Below are positions 17,144 to 25,904 of a stretch of DNA of 64,000 nt, in pieces (the stretch's first letter is position 1; the number at the start of each line of letters is the position of its first letter). This DNA comes from Myxococcales bacterium (GTDB lineage Bacteria > Myxococcota_A > Polyangia > Polyangiales > DASUME01). The stretch is from contig JASGJH010000001.1 of the NCBI GenBank assembly GCA_047601445.1, positions 4,480,001 to 4,544,000 on the forward strand, written 5' to 3'. Below the pieces are notes generated by a model that saw only the letters and a list, made by a program, of their open reading frames with translations, searched no databases and was not told the origin of the DNA. The position numbers and the translations under genes were made by a program.

Positions 17144-20100
17144 TCACGAGCACCCCATGCTCGCCCCGCAATTCAGGCACTTATAACAAGCCCCGTTCCG
17201 CACCGTAATGTGCCCGCACGTATCGCACATCGGCGCGTCCCCCATCATCTCACCCAAGTGCTGGTCGAGCACGCTGCTAGCACCCGCCCCATACTCCTTC
17301 GCACTCGCGCTCGAGCTCGAAGGCGGCGGCGGCAAGCTACTCGCTTCACCCGGTGAGTACTGATGCACCGCCCCCACGTCAGTCGGATCCTTCATGTCCG
17401 CCTGAACTTCATCCGGCGGCACATGCGCAAGGTCATACCGCTTGATGTACTCCACACCCAGCGTGCGGAAGATGTAGTCGATGATCGAGGTGGCGAACTT
17501 GATGTTCGGGTGCCCCTCAACCGGACCCTGCGGCTCGAAGCGCGTGAACGTGAACTGCTCGACATAGCTGCCGAGTGGCACGCCGTGCTGGAGACCCATG
17601 GACACGCTGATGGCGAAGCAGTTCATGAGTGAGCGGAAGGCTGCGCCTTCCTTGTGCATGTCGACGAAGATTTCGCCGAGCTCGCCGCTGTCGTACTCAC
17701 CGGTGCGCAGGAAGACCTTGTGGCCGGCCACGCGGGCTTCCTGGGTGAAGCCGTGGCGCTTCTTGGGCAAGCGGTGACGAACGGTGGGAGGGGGCGAGAG
17801 GCCTTCCTTGAGCTTGGCTGCCGGACGCGCTGCGACGGCGGGCACGGGGGCCGGGGCCGGGGCTTCGATCTTGGCGACGGCCTTGGTCTCGGACTTTTCC
17901 TTCTTGTCTTCGGTGCCGCTGTTGAGCGGTTGGCTGAGCTTGCAGCCATCGCGGTAGAGGGCGACTGCCTTGAGGCCGAGCTTCCAGCCCTGCATGTACA
18001 CGTCGGCTACGTCTTCTACCGTCGCGTCATTGGGCAGGTTGACGGTCTTGGAAATGGCGCCGCTCAAGAAGGGCTGAGCGGCGGCCATCATGCGCACGTG
18101 GGACATCGGAGCGAGGAATCGCTTGCCCTTCTTGCCGCAGCGGTTCGCGCAGTCGAACACGGGCAGGTCTTCGTCTCGAAGGTGGGGGGCACCTTCGATC
18201 GTCTGACGACCGAGCACCGTGTCGTTCAGCTCTTCGATCTGTTCGGGGGAAAGACCGAAGTGCTTGAGGAGGTTGAAACCAGGCTTGGCAGCCAACTCGG
18301 CGGGAACTCCGAGTCGGTCATAGGCTTCCTTACCGATGACCCAGAGCGCGAGGGCCTGACCCACGTCGAACACGCCCACGAGAGCCTTCTCGGCCTTGGC
18401 GATTTCGGCGTCGGAGAGTCCCTTTTCCGCGAGGATCTTGCGGCTGAGGTGTGGCGCACCCGTGAAGGTGTTGGTGCCGCTGATGAAGGCCACGATGTCC
18501 GCGGTCTGCGCGTCGGAGTAACCGAGGCGCTTGAGGGCGTCGGGCACGGAGTTGTTGACGATCTTGAAGTAACCGCCGCCGGCGAGCTTCTTGAACTTCA
18601 CGAGCGCGAAGTCGGGCTCGATGCCGGTGGTGTCGCAATCCATCAAGAGACCGATGGTGCCGGTGGGCGCGAGCACGGTGGCCTGCGCGTTGCGGTAACC
18701 GCTCTTCTCCCCCGCGCGCACGGCGAGGTCCCAGTCGTAGGCGCCCGCGGCGAGCACGGAGCTGATGACGTCGTCGGCGGCGCCGCCCTGGGCCTGGAAG
18801 TCGTTCTGCCAGGTGTGGGCTGCATTCTGGTGCTTGCGCATCACGCGCAGCATGGGGTCACGGTTCGGGGCGTAACCCGCGAACGGTCCCTTGCTCTCGG
18901 CCATCTGGGCGCTCACGGCGTAGGCGTGGCCGCACAGGATGGCGGTGAGTCCGGCGCACAGCGCGCGGCCCTCTTCGCTGTCGTAGGGGATGCCGAGGCG
19001 CATCAGCAGCGTGCCGAGGTTGGCGTAGCCGAGACCGAGCGGACGGTACTCGTGGCTGTTCTGGGCGATCTTCTCGGTGGGGTAGCTCGAGTAATCGACC
19101 AGGATTTCCTGGGCGATGAAGAGCACGCGGATGGCCTGGCGGTAGCCCTCGATGTCGAACTTGCCGTCGTCGGACAAGAACTTGGTGAGGTTGATGGACG
19201 ACAGGTTGCAGGCCGTGTCGTCGAGGAACATGTACTCGCTGCAGGGGTTGGACGCGTTGATGCGATCGGTGCCCGCGGCGGTGTGCCAGTCGTTGATGGT
19301 GGTGTCGTACTGCACGCCCGGATCGGCGCAGGCCCAGGCGGCCTCGGCGAGCTTCTTCCACAGGTCGCGCGCCTTGAGGGTGCTGGCGACCTTGCCGGTG
19401 GTGCGCTCGTAGGTGCGCCACTCGCCGTCCTGCTCCACGGCCTTCATGAAGGCGTCCGTGACGCGCACGGAGTTGTTGGAGTTCTGGCCGGCGACGGTGT
19501 GATAGGCCTCGCCGTTGAAGTCACTGGAGTAGCCAGCCTTGATGAGGGCCGCCACCTTGCGCTCCTCGCGCACCTTCCAGGTGATGAAGTCCTCGATCTC
19601 CGGGTGGTCCATGTCGAGGCACACCATCTTGGCGGCGCGACGCGTGGTGCCGCCCGACTTGGTGGCGCCCGCAGCGCGGTCGAACACCTCGAGGAAGCTC
19701 ATGAGGCCGGAGCTGGTGCCGCCGCCCGAGAGCTTCTCGGTGATGCCGCGGATCTTGGAGAAGTTGGAGCCGGTGCCGGAGCCGTACTTGAAGAGGCGGG
19801 CTTCGTTCTTGATGAGGTCGTAGATGCCCATCAGGTCGTCCGAGACGCTCTGGATGAAGCAGGCGGAGCACTGGGGCTGCTCGTAGGCGTTCTTGGTCTC
19901 GGCGACCTTGCCGACGACGGGATCGAAGGCGTAGCTGCCGCCCGAGCCTTCGATGCCATAGCGCTGGAAGAGGCCGCAGTTGAACCACACGGGCGAGTTG
20001 AAGGCGCCCTTCTGGTTGATGAGGATGGAGGAGAGCTCGGCCTCGAAGGTGTCGGCGTCTTCGGTGGAGGCGAAGTAGCCGCCGAACTTCTCACCGGCCT

Positions 20101-20461
20101 CGCGGATGGTGTGCGAGACGCGGTAGACGAGGTCGCGGGCGGAGGTCTCGCCGCGCTTGGCGTCGCCGTTGATGCCGGCCTTGCGGAAGTACTTGGAGAC
20201 GGCGATATCGGTGGCGAGCTGGGACCAGCTGGCGGGGATCTCCGCGTTCTTCAGCTGGAAGACGACGGTGCCGTCCGGGTCGGTGATGACGCTGTCGCGG
20301 TTCTCGTACTTGACCTCATTGAGGGGGTCGACGCCCGGACGCGTGAACATGCGAGCGAGCACCAGGCCCTTGCCGAGGCCCGAGTCACGAGCTGCCTTGG
20401 CGCCGCGACCGTTCGTCTTCTCCGTGTTTTTCTCCACTTCGACCTCCCCTTCCTCTTCCAC
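17144..20461 (-). CDS. nrdJ: Vitamin B12-dependent (class II) ribonucleotide reductase with TSCPD domain and C-terminal Zn ribbon
   Basis: [52 protein letters not shown]-terminal CDTCG...CYKCLNCG. Confidence 0.95.
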   Translation of the reverse strand: MEEEGEVEVEKNTEKTNGRGAKAARDSGLGKGLVLARMFTRPGVDPLNEVKYENRDSVITDPDGTVVFQLKNAEIPASWSQLATDIAVSKYFRKAGINGDAKRGETSARDLVYRVSHTIREAGEKFGGYFASTEDADTFEAELSSILINQKGAFNSPVWFNCGLFQRYGIEGSGGSYAFDPVVGKVAETKNAYEQPQCSACFIQSVSDDLMGIYDLIKNEARLFKYGSGTGSNFSKIRGITEKLSGGGTSSGLMSFLEVFDRAAGATKSGGTTRRAAKMVCLDMDHPEIEDFITWKVREERKVAALIKAGYSSDFNGEAYHTVAGQNSNNSVRVTDAFMKAVEQDGEWRTYERTTGKVASTLKARDLWKKLAEAAWACADPGVQYDTTINDWHTAAGTDRINASNPCSEYMFLDDTACNLSSINLTKFLSDDGKFDIEGYRQAIRVLFIAQEILVDYSSYPTEKIAQNSHEYRPLGLGYANLGTLLMRLGIPYDSEEGRALCAGLTAILCGHAYAVSAQMAESKGPFAGYAPNRDPMLRVMRKHQNAAHTWQNDFQAQGGAADDVISSVLAAGAYDWDLAVRAGEKSGYRNAQATVLAPTGTIGLLMDCDTTGIEPDFALVKFKKLAGGGYFKIVNNSVPDALKRLGYSDAQTADIVAFISGTNTFTGAPHLSRKILAEKGLSDAEIAKAEKALVGVFDVGQALALWVIGKEAYDRLGVPAELAAKPGFNLLKHFGLSPEQIEELNDTVLGRQTIEGAPHLRDEDLPVFDCANRCGKKGKRFLAPMSHVRMMAAAQPFLSGAISKTVNLPNDATVEDVADVYMQGWKLGLKAVALYRDGCKLSQPLNSGTEDKKEKSETKAVAKIEAPAPAPVPAVAARPAAKLKEGLSPPPTVRHRLPKKRHGFTQEARVAGHKVFLRTGEYDSGELGEIFVDMHKEGAAFRSLMNCFAISVSMGLQHGVPLGSYVEQFTFTRFEPQGPVEGHPNIKFATSIIDYIFRTLGVEYIKRYDLAHVPPDEVQADMKDPTDVGAVHQYSPGEASSLPPPPSSSSASAKEYGAGASSVLDQHLGEMMGDAPMCDTCGHITVRNGACYKCLNCGASMGCS

Positions 20462-20606
20462 GAGTTCCCGAAAAAACCCCAGCCTGTCCCCAGCTCCAGA
20501 AACAGACGTTTTTCTTATTTATTCCAAGCGTTTAGATACGTGCGTTGCGCTCTGATTACAGACTTATTCAGAGGCGCGAATTCCCAAAGCGCGGCTAGGT
20601 CTGGTT

Positions 20607-20658
20607 TTCTCCACAGAAACCCCACCGCATTTCCCACACAGCCCACAGGCTGTCCACA
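20607..20658 (+). promoter_or_regulatory. Cluster of DnaA-box-like nonamers upstream of nrdJ
   Basis: TTCTCCACA 20607-15, TTTCCCACA 20630-38, CAGCCCACA 20639-47, CTGTCCACA 20650-58 versus consensus TTWTNCACA. Confidence 0.55.
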
Positions 20659-20701
20659 ACCGCTAGCGAGCCCCCCGGCCCCCCGACACAACTGCTAGTG
20701 G
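20654..20701. promoter_or_regulatory. Tandem NrdR-box-like pair (proximal)
   Basis: CCACAACCGCTAGCGA (20654-69) and ACACAACTGCTAGTGG (20686-701), starts 32 bp apart; resemble acaCwAtATaTwGtgt. Confidence 0.6.
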
Positions 20702-20901
20702 CGGCATTCGTAATCGCCACCCCGGGGTTCGGTCAACACGGTTAGCACGGGTGTGCTTACGATTTCCCGAATCCCTTTTGAACTCCGAGACTTACCGAAA
20801 GTGTCCCGAACCGAGGATAAGTATGCCGGCTAACAGTACTCACGCAGATCCTCGCCGGCCGTTCAGCTACGCATCATGCGCGTATCGTCAGGACCTGACA
20901 A

Positions 20902-20948
20902 CTACTACAGGTAGTGGCCCTTGTCCAAGAACATACAAACCATGGTGG
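20902..20948. promoter_or_regulatory. Tandem NrdR-box-like pair (distal)
   Basis: CTACTACAGGTAGTGG (20902-17) and ATACAAACCATGGTGG (20933-48), starts 31 bp apart. Confidence 0.65.
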
Positions 20949-21074
20949 CGAAAAGAGGGCGGATCGGTGGCGGCAAGGGGAATTCGGGGTGGATCGAGGA
21001 GAAAAACGGAGAGGGAGAGACGGGGCGATCTCACAAAAATGTTGCGGGGTTAGCTTGGTTGAGGGGGCAAGGAC

Positions 21075-21170
21075 GGAGGCGGGGCCGAGGCGGTGGCGGT
21101 GGCGGAGACCGGGGCGGTGGCCGGGGCGGTGGCCGGGGCAGTGGCGGGGTCGGAGGCGGGAGGCCGGATC
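21075..21170 (+). repeat. G-rich low-complexity repeat (GGCGGT / CCGGGGCGGTGG units)
   Basis: GGCGGTGGCGGTGGCGG and three CCGGGGC(G/A)GTGG units read directly. Confidence 0.7.
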
Positions 21171-21397
21171 GGGACCCGGTGGCTCGGCTCGGACTTGGGT
21201 GGCTCGGGAAGAACTCGCTCGGCGCACCCCGGGCTCCCGCCGGCCGATAGGTATGCATGCGCGAGTCAGGTGCTCGTCGGGACCCTATTGGGCTTCGTGG
21301 TAGCGTCCTCTTTATGGGCGCTCCTCCTAAGAAGCCCGCGTTGTTCATGCCTGAGGGGACTTGAGGGCGCAGAGCGCGCAGATTCGCAGGGGATGTC

Positions 21398-21877
21398 ATG
21401 GCATCGGTGGCGCAACAGAAAGCTGCGGAAGACCGCGTGCACATGGCGCGCGCCATTGCCCTCGCGCTGCCCGGGGTGGGCAAGACCGCGGACAATCCCA
21501 GCGTGGGCTGCGTGATCGCGCGCGGCGCGCTCGTGGTGGCAGAGGGCGCCACGGGTGTTGGCGGGCGGCCGCACGCCGAGGAGCAGGCCCTGGCTCGAGT
21601 CGAGGGCGACCTGTCCGACGCGACCGCGTACATCACGCTCGAGCCGTGCGGCGCGCGCTCGGTGGGCGGTCTGGCCTGCTCGACGCTGCTGGCCGAGCGT
21701 CGCATCGGTCGCGTCGTGGTCGCGTGCGTGGATCCATCGCCCTATGCGGCTGGCCACGGTGTGGCGCGCTTGCGGGGCGTGAATATCCCAGTCGAGGTGG
21801 GCCTGCTGGCAGACGAGGCTCAGTCGGCCCTGTACGAGGCCTACGTTACGCGCTTAGCGAACCTCGCTGCACGTTGA
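21398..21877 (+). CDS. Stand-alone RibD-type zinc deaminase domain (no reductase domain)
   Basis: NPSVGCVI, PHAE, TLEPC...C, DP; 159 aa. Confidence 0.85.
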   Translation: MASVAQQKAAEDRVHMARAIALALPGVGKTADNPSVGCVIARGALVVAEGATGVGGRPHAEEQALARVEGDLSDATAYITLEPCGARSVGGLACSTLLAERRIGRVVVACVDPSPYAAGHGVARLRGVNIPVEVGLLADEAQSALYEAYVTRLANLAAR

Positions 21878-21963
21878 CCGCGAAGGTCGGCGCTGTGCGG
21901 CGCTGGACATGAACACGCGGGCGGCGGACGAACCAAGAGGCACGAGCGCGTGATGAGAGGCGC

Positions 21964-22509
21964 CTAGCGCTGCTCGCACGTGGGCGGCGTCATCAAGTCG
22001 CAGCGCACGGAATCCTTGGGAGCGCGCAAGCCCTTGAGCTCCTTGGCGGTGCGCAGCATGTCACCGAGCTCGCGTTGGAACTCTTCGGTGCCGTGAGGGT
22101 CGCTGCGCAGGAGCTGCACGGTGTCGATGATGACTTGGAGGTCGGCGTCGAGTTCTTCGCCAGTACGCTCGGGTACGGTGTTCATGCGGGCTTGCCACTG
22201 CTCGGGGTGTCGATAGCTGGGGCCGGCGACGGAGATGAGTTGGTCGCGGCGATCGAGCAGGAGGTACACGTAGATGGGGCCCATGTCTGCGTCGGGCAGT
22301 TGGCCAGAGGTGAATGAGGGGCCCCTGGACGGATGCAGTGGGTGTTCGATGAGGATGGTGACGCGGGCGCCCGCGCGCGCGGCGGCGACTTGGAGCTCGC
22401 CCGAGGAGACGTGCAGCGTGGTGAGCTCGAGCGCGGGTGTTTGCGGGTGCTCCAAGCGCGCGTGATGGCAGGCGCTGCAGAGGAGGAAGAGAAGGACGAT
22501 GCGCTGCAT
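21964..22509 (-). CDS. Hypothetical lipoprotein
   Basis: MQRIVLLFLLCSAC signal/lipobox. Confidence 0.6.
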   Translation of the reverse strand: MQRIVLLFLLCSACHHARLEHPQTPALELTTLHVSSGELQVAAARAGARVTILIEHPLHPSRGPSFTSGQLPDADMGPIYVYLLLDRRDQLISVAGPSYRHPEQWQARMNTVPERTGEELDADLQVIIDTVQLLRSDPHGTEEFQRELGDMLRTAKELKGLRAPKDSVRCDLMTPPTCEQR

Positions 22510-22525
22510 GGTTCGATGAGGAAGC

Positions 22526-22942
22526 CTAGCGCGGGGGCATCTTCTCGAACTGCGTGAGCGTCGGGTTGATGGCGTCCCACGCGTGGCCGCTCACGGTGTA
22601 CGTGATCGCCTGCGGCTGATAGCGACGCGGGTCGTCGAGGCTTGCAGCATGGATGGTGAAGAGCTGCGGCGCGGCGGCGAAGGTGAGGTACACGGGGGAG
22701 CCGCAGGTGGGGCAGAAGCCGCGGGTCTTGGTGTTGCCGCTGTCGCCCTTGAGGTTCCAGTGAGTCGCGAGGCCGGTGAGCTTCACTTGGTCGCGGCTTG
22801 GGAACGTCAAGTAGGAGCCGTGGCCCGTGCCGCTCTTGCGCTGGCAGTCGCGGCACTGGCAGTCGTTCTGGGCCAGGGGCTCGTCGGTAATCTCGTAGCG
22901 GATGGCGCCGCAGGCGCAGCCGCCTCGGTAGGGTTCACTCAT
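22526..22942 (-). CDS. GFA/CENP-V family zinc protein
   Basis: GGCACGAIRY, CQCRDCQR, FCPTCGS. Confidence 0.92.
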   Translation of the reverse strand: MSEPYRGGCACGAIRYEITDEPLAQNDCQCRDCQRKSGTGHGSYLTFPSRDQVKLTGLATHWNLKGDSGNTKTRGFCPTCGSPVYLTFAAAPQLFTIHAASLDDPRRYQPQAITYTVSGHAWDAINPTLTQFEKMPPR

Positions 22943-23421
22943 GGCTTGCTCCTTGGTGAGTCAGACTCGCCCGCGAGGGTGCCGAGTTTGGCGACGACCT
23001 TCTTCCAACCTTCGCCCATGATCTTGAGGGCGCCTTCGTTGCGGGGGATGACGAAGCCGGCGTGGACGAGCTTGAGGCGGGTGCCGGCTTGGACTTGGGT
23101 GAGGGTCCAGGTGACGACGGTGTCGAGGGGGGCGCCGTAGCCGGTGTTGGCTTCGTGGCCACCTCTCCAGGCGTAGACCAGGCGTTCGTTGGGGATGACG
23201 TCGAGGACCTGGCAGTGGATCACGCCGTCCCAGGATCCGCCGGGCGTCGTTTGGAAGATGAAGTGCGTGCCCTTCACGGCGGCGAAGCCGGTGGGGGCCA
23301 TGAGCCAGCGCCCCATGAGCTCGCCGTTGGTGAGGGTCTTCCAGAGCACCTCGGGTGCGTGGGGGAAGACTTCGTCGACGACGATCTCCTGGGTTTGAGG
23401 CTTGCGGGCGACTTCGGTCAT
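22939..23421 (-). CDS. SRPBCC (AHSA1-like) domain protein
   Basis: PEVLWKTLT...WLM, V.DV.PNERLVYAW, VTWTL...GTRL.LVH.GF, GW; 4-nt overlaps with both neighbours. Confidence 0.88.
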   Translation of the reverse strand: MTEVARKPQTQEIVVDEVFPHAPEVLWKTLTNGELMGRWLMAPTGFAAVKGTHFIFQTTPGGSWDGVIHCQVLDVIPNERLVYAWRGGHEANTGYGAPLDTVVTWTLTQVQAGTRLKLVHAGFVIPRNEGALKIMGEGWKKVVAKLGTLAGESDSPRSKP

Positions 23422-23747
23422 GGGTCGATTTCCTTGAGTAGGCTGCGAAGGTTCTTGAAGCGCTCGCGCCAGAAGGTGCCGTAGTGGCCCATCCAGTCGA
23501 CGAGTGGAGCGAGGCCCTTGGGCTCGGCGCGATAGAAGACGTTGCGGCCCTGGGCGCGGTCGGCGATGAGGCCCGCTTGCTTGAGCGAGCGCAGGTGCTG
23601 CGAGATGGCGCCTTGCGTGACGCCGCTGCCCTGCGTGAGCTCGACGACGCTGATCTCCTGGGACTTGACGATGCGCTCGAACACGGCGCGCCGCGTGGGA
23701 TCGGCGAGCGTGCGCATGACGGCGTCGAGGGATGCAGCGTGGGCCAT
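23418..23747 (-). CDS. ArsR/SmtB family transcriptional regulator
   Basis: LADPTRR, SVVEL, ISQHLRSLKQAGLI, GR.VFY. Confidence 0.92.
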   Translation of the reverse strand: MAHAASLDAVMRTLADPTRRAVFERIVKSQEISVVELTQGSGVTQGAISQHLRSLKQAGLIADRAQGRNVFYRAEPKGLAPLVDWMGHYGTFWRERFKNLRSLLKEIDP

Positions 23748-23756
23748 GGGAAATAC

Positions 23757-23790
23757 ATTAGTGCGCACTAATTAATTAGTCAACGCTAAT
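23757..23790. promoter_or_regulatory. Double palindromic operator ATTAG-N6-CTAAT, likely ArsR autoregulatory site
   Basis: Perfect palindrome ATTAGTGCGCACTAAT 23757-72 and ATTAGTCAACGCTAAT 23775-90, just upstream of the ArsR start. Confidence 0.8.
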
Positions 23791-23966
23791 TGATCTGCCA
23801 GCCCCTCTCCGTGCAGCTCAGGAGTGCTCTTGTGCCTGAACGCGCCCGTGCGGGCGGAGCAAAGCAACGCTATGAAGGGAGCGCGACGACCCCGCGATGC
23901 CCCCCGAGCCAGCGCGGTGTCCGCGGCACACCATTCGGTGGCCGAGCCTAATGAGGGGAACTTGCC

Positions 23967-25145
23967 ATGACACGAAACCCGGCTTGGGTTGTCGTCCTGT
24001 TCGCGCTGTTCGGTCCCGGATGGTCTGCGTGTGCCAGCGTACTTGCGCCCAGGCCCGAGGAATCGTCTGCCGCCGCGCCATCAGCGACTCAAACGGTGAG
24101 CGCGACCGCTGCGCTCGCCGACGAGAGCGGAAGCGCCCCGACGGAGTCTGCCAAGACGGCTCCGCCTCCCAAGCTGAGCCCGCTCGAGCGGGTGAAGAGC
24201 TGGCTGACACCGCCCGATCCATTCGGGGTGAGCTTCGGTCGCAGCACGCCCGAGCAGATTGCGGCGCGCTTCAACGTCAAGATCGCGGACAGTCGTTGCG
24301 CGGAGCCCGCCAAGCCAGGTCTGCGCGTGCTGTGCTGGGGCGGTCCAATCGCCTTGCCCCATGCTCAAGAGATCATCGCGACGTTTGGCGATGGGGGTGG
24401 CGACGCGCCTGTGCTGCGCAACCTGGCGATCCGCTTCAGCGCTGACGCGTGGCAGGACCTCCACGACTACATGATTGGCGACTGGGGACTGGCGGAGCCG
24501 TCCAACACCGACGAGCGGATGCTGGCCTGGCACTGGGGGCAGATGGACTGGTATCTCTCGCGTGACGCCGATGAGGTGAGCTTCAAGGGCCACGCTGATG
24601 ACCTGCCGGTGTTCGCTCGTCAGGCGAAGCCGCAGGTGAACGCGGAGCCCTGGGGCGTGCGGCTGGGCGACCAGACCTACGATGAGGCGCGTGTCACGCT
24701 CGCAGCAGCAGGCTTTCGCCCGGGCATCAGCGAGTGCATGGACATCTACCCGCTGTCGAAGACGCGCGCGGTGCTTTCCTGCGAACTGGAAGCGCCGGCG
24801 TCGGCCAACATGTCCCGCGCGAAGCTGGACTACGTGCAGTTTGCTGGTGGGGTCCGTTTGATCTCGTCCTTGTCCTTCAATTTCAAGACCAGCACGGATC
24901 GGAAGGCCATCATCGAGGACCTGCGCTCTCGCTATGGCTCCGAGAAGAATGCCGAATACAAGTTCACGCGGCTCACCTGGCAGGTGGGCCCGGTGGAGAT
25001 CGAGCTCACGGACGTGATGGGTGACGACTCCATCGGGCGCTGGTTCACGCTGACGTATGCGCACACGCGCCTCAGGTCGATCGGGTATGGCGCGCAAGTC
25101 GAAAATGAGATCGGGAAGCGCGAACAGGTCCGCAAGGGGCTCTGA
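23967..25145 (+). CDS. Hypothetical exported protein or lipoprotein
   Basis: 392-aa ORF, signal ending WSAC; two internally similar halves (PFGV.FG / PWGV.LG). Confidence 0.7.
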   Translation: MTRNPAWVVVLFALFGPGWSACASVLAPRPEESSAAAPSATQTVSATAALADESGSAPTESAKTAPPPKLSPLERVKSWLTPPDPFGVSFGRSTPEQIAARFNVKIADSRCAEPAKPGLRVLCWGGPIALPHAQEIIATFGDGGGDAPVLRNLAIRFSADAWQDLHDYMIGDWGLAEPSNTDERMLAWHWGQMDWYLSRDADEVSFKGHADDLPVFARQAKPQVNAEPWGVRLGDQTYDEARVTLAAAGFRPGISECMDIYPLSKTRAVLSCELEAPASANMSRAKLDYVQFAGGVRLISSLSFNFKTSTDRKAIIEDLRSRYGSEKNAEYKFTRLTWQVGPVEIELTDVMGDDSIGRWFTLTYAHTRLRSIGYGAQVENEIGKREQVRKGL

Positions 25146-25308
25146 TCGCGGGCCGACTGTCTCACAGGTGCGCTGTAGGTGGGTTCGTCGCGAAACGGAG
25201 TCGGGGTGACCGGGCGCGTCCGCACAAGGACACGCTGGTGTCACCACCGACGCTCGCGATAGCCTTTCCCGGATCGAGAGGGCTTAGGCCCCGGGGGAAA
25301 GAGGACCG

Positions 25309-25860
25309 ATGCGCACACGATGGTTGCCGAGAATCGCGTTGCCGATGCTCGCTTTGATCTGCCTGTCCTGTGGTGATTCCAACAAGGGTTCGTCCGCTGG
25401 CAATCCGATGGGCGATGGCGATGGCGATGGCGATGGCGATGGCGATGGCGACACCTCGAGTTCGGGCCAGGACGTGGGCTTCGGGCCCGAGAGCTGCGCC
25501 GCGGTGGTGAAGCAGTACGGGGCTTCGTGCGAGCCGATGGACTTCGCGATGCCCGACTGCGAGGACATCCGCACGCTCTACGTGGGCGAGGGCTGCGGCA
25601 AGGTGTGGGCCGCGTGGGCGTCGTGCTCGGCGGCGGCGAAGCCGGACTGCGAAGAGGGAGACTTCGCGGACTGTCGAAAGAAGTACGACGAGCTTTTCGT
25701 CTGTCAGTCGGCCTTCGTGCAGCGCACGGGTTGTACGCGGGTCGGAGGCGATGAGGACTGTCCCGCCGAGGCGCCCTATGCGCTCCAGTGTTTGGGCGAC
25801 GCCCCAAGCAAGTCGTGCATGATGACCGCGGATGGCACGCTGTGTTGTCCGGCTAGCTGA
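25309..25860 (+). CDS. Cys-rich lipoprotein with Gly-Asp linker
   Basis: GAGGA RBS, lipobox CLSC, (GD)7, many cysteines. Confidence 0.8.
   Translation: MRTRWLPRIALPMLALICLSCGDSNKGSSAGNPMGDGDGDGDGDGDGDTSSSGQDVGFGPESCAAVVKQYGASCEPMDFAMPDCEDIRTLYVGEGCGKVWAAWASCSAAAKPDCEEGDFADCRKKYDELFVCQSAFVQRTGCTRVGGDEDCPAEAPYALQCLGDAPSKSCMMTADGTLCCPAS
25411..25452 (+). repeat. (GGCGAT)n coding microsatellite
   Basis: Six perfect GGCGAT units plus GGCGAC, encoding (GD)7. Confidence 0.9.
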
Positions 25861-25904
25861 GGGCGCGCGCTCGCGAGCCTGCGTGGCGATTTCGGGCCCG
25901 CAGC

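Noticed and set aside
17144..20461. Intein in NrdJ or cobalamin riboswitch upstream
   Set aside because: Catalytic motifs are contiguous with no intein ends or LAGLIDADG motif; no B12-box recognised upstream.
17654..20698. 1014-aa plus-strand ORF
   Set aside because: Antisense shadow of nrdJ caused by high-GC codon bias; no motifs. The same applies to many other long overlapping ORFs such as 2955..4712, 47454..49409 and 51976..53301.
20462..21060. Chromosomal replication origin
   Set aside because: Only a few degenerate DnaA-like boxes, no clear unwinding element and no dnaA/dnaN/gidA context; nrd promoter regulation is the simpler explanation.
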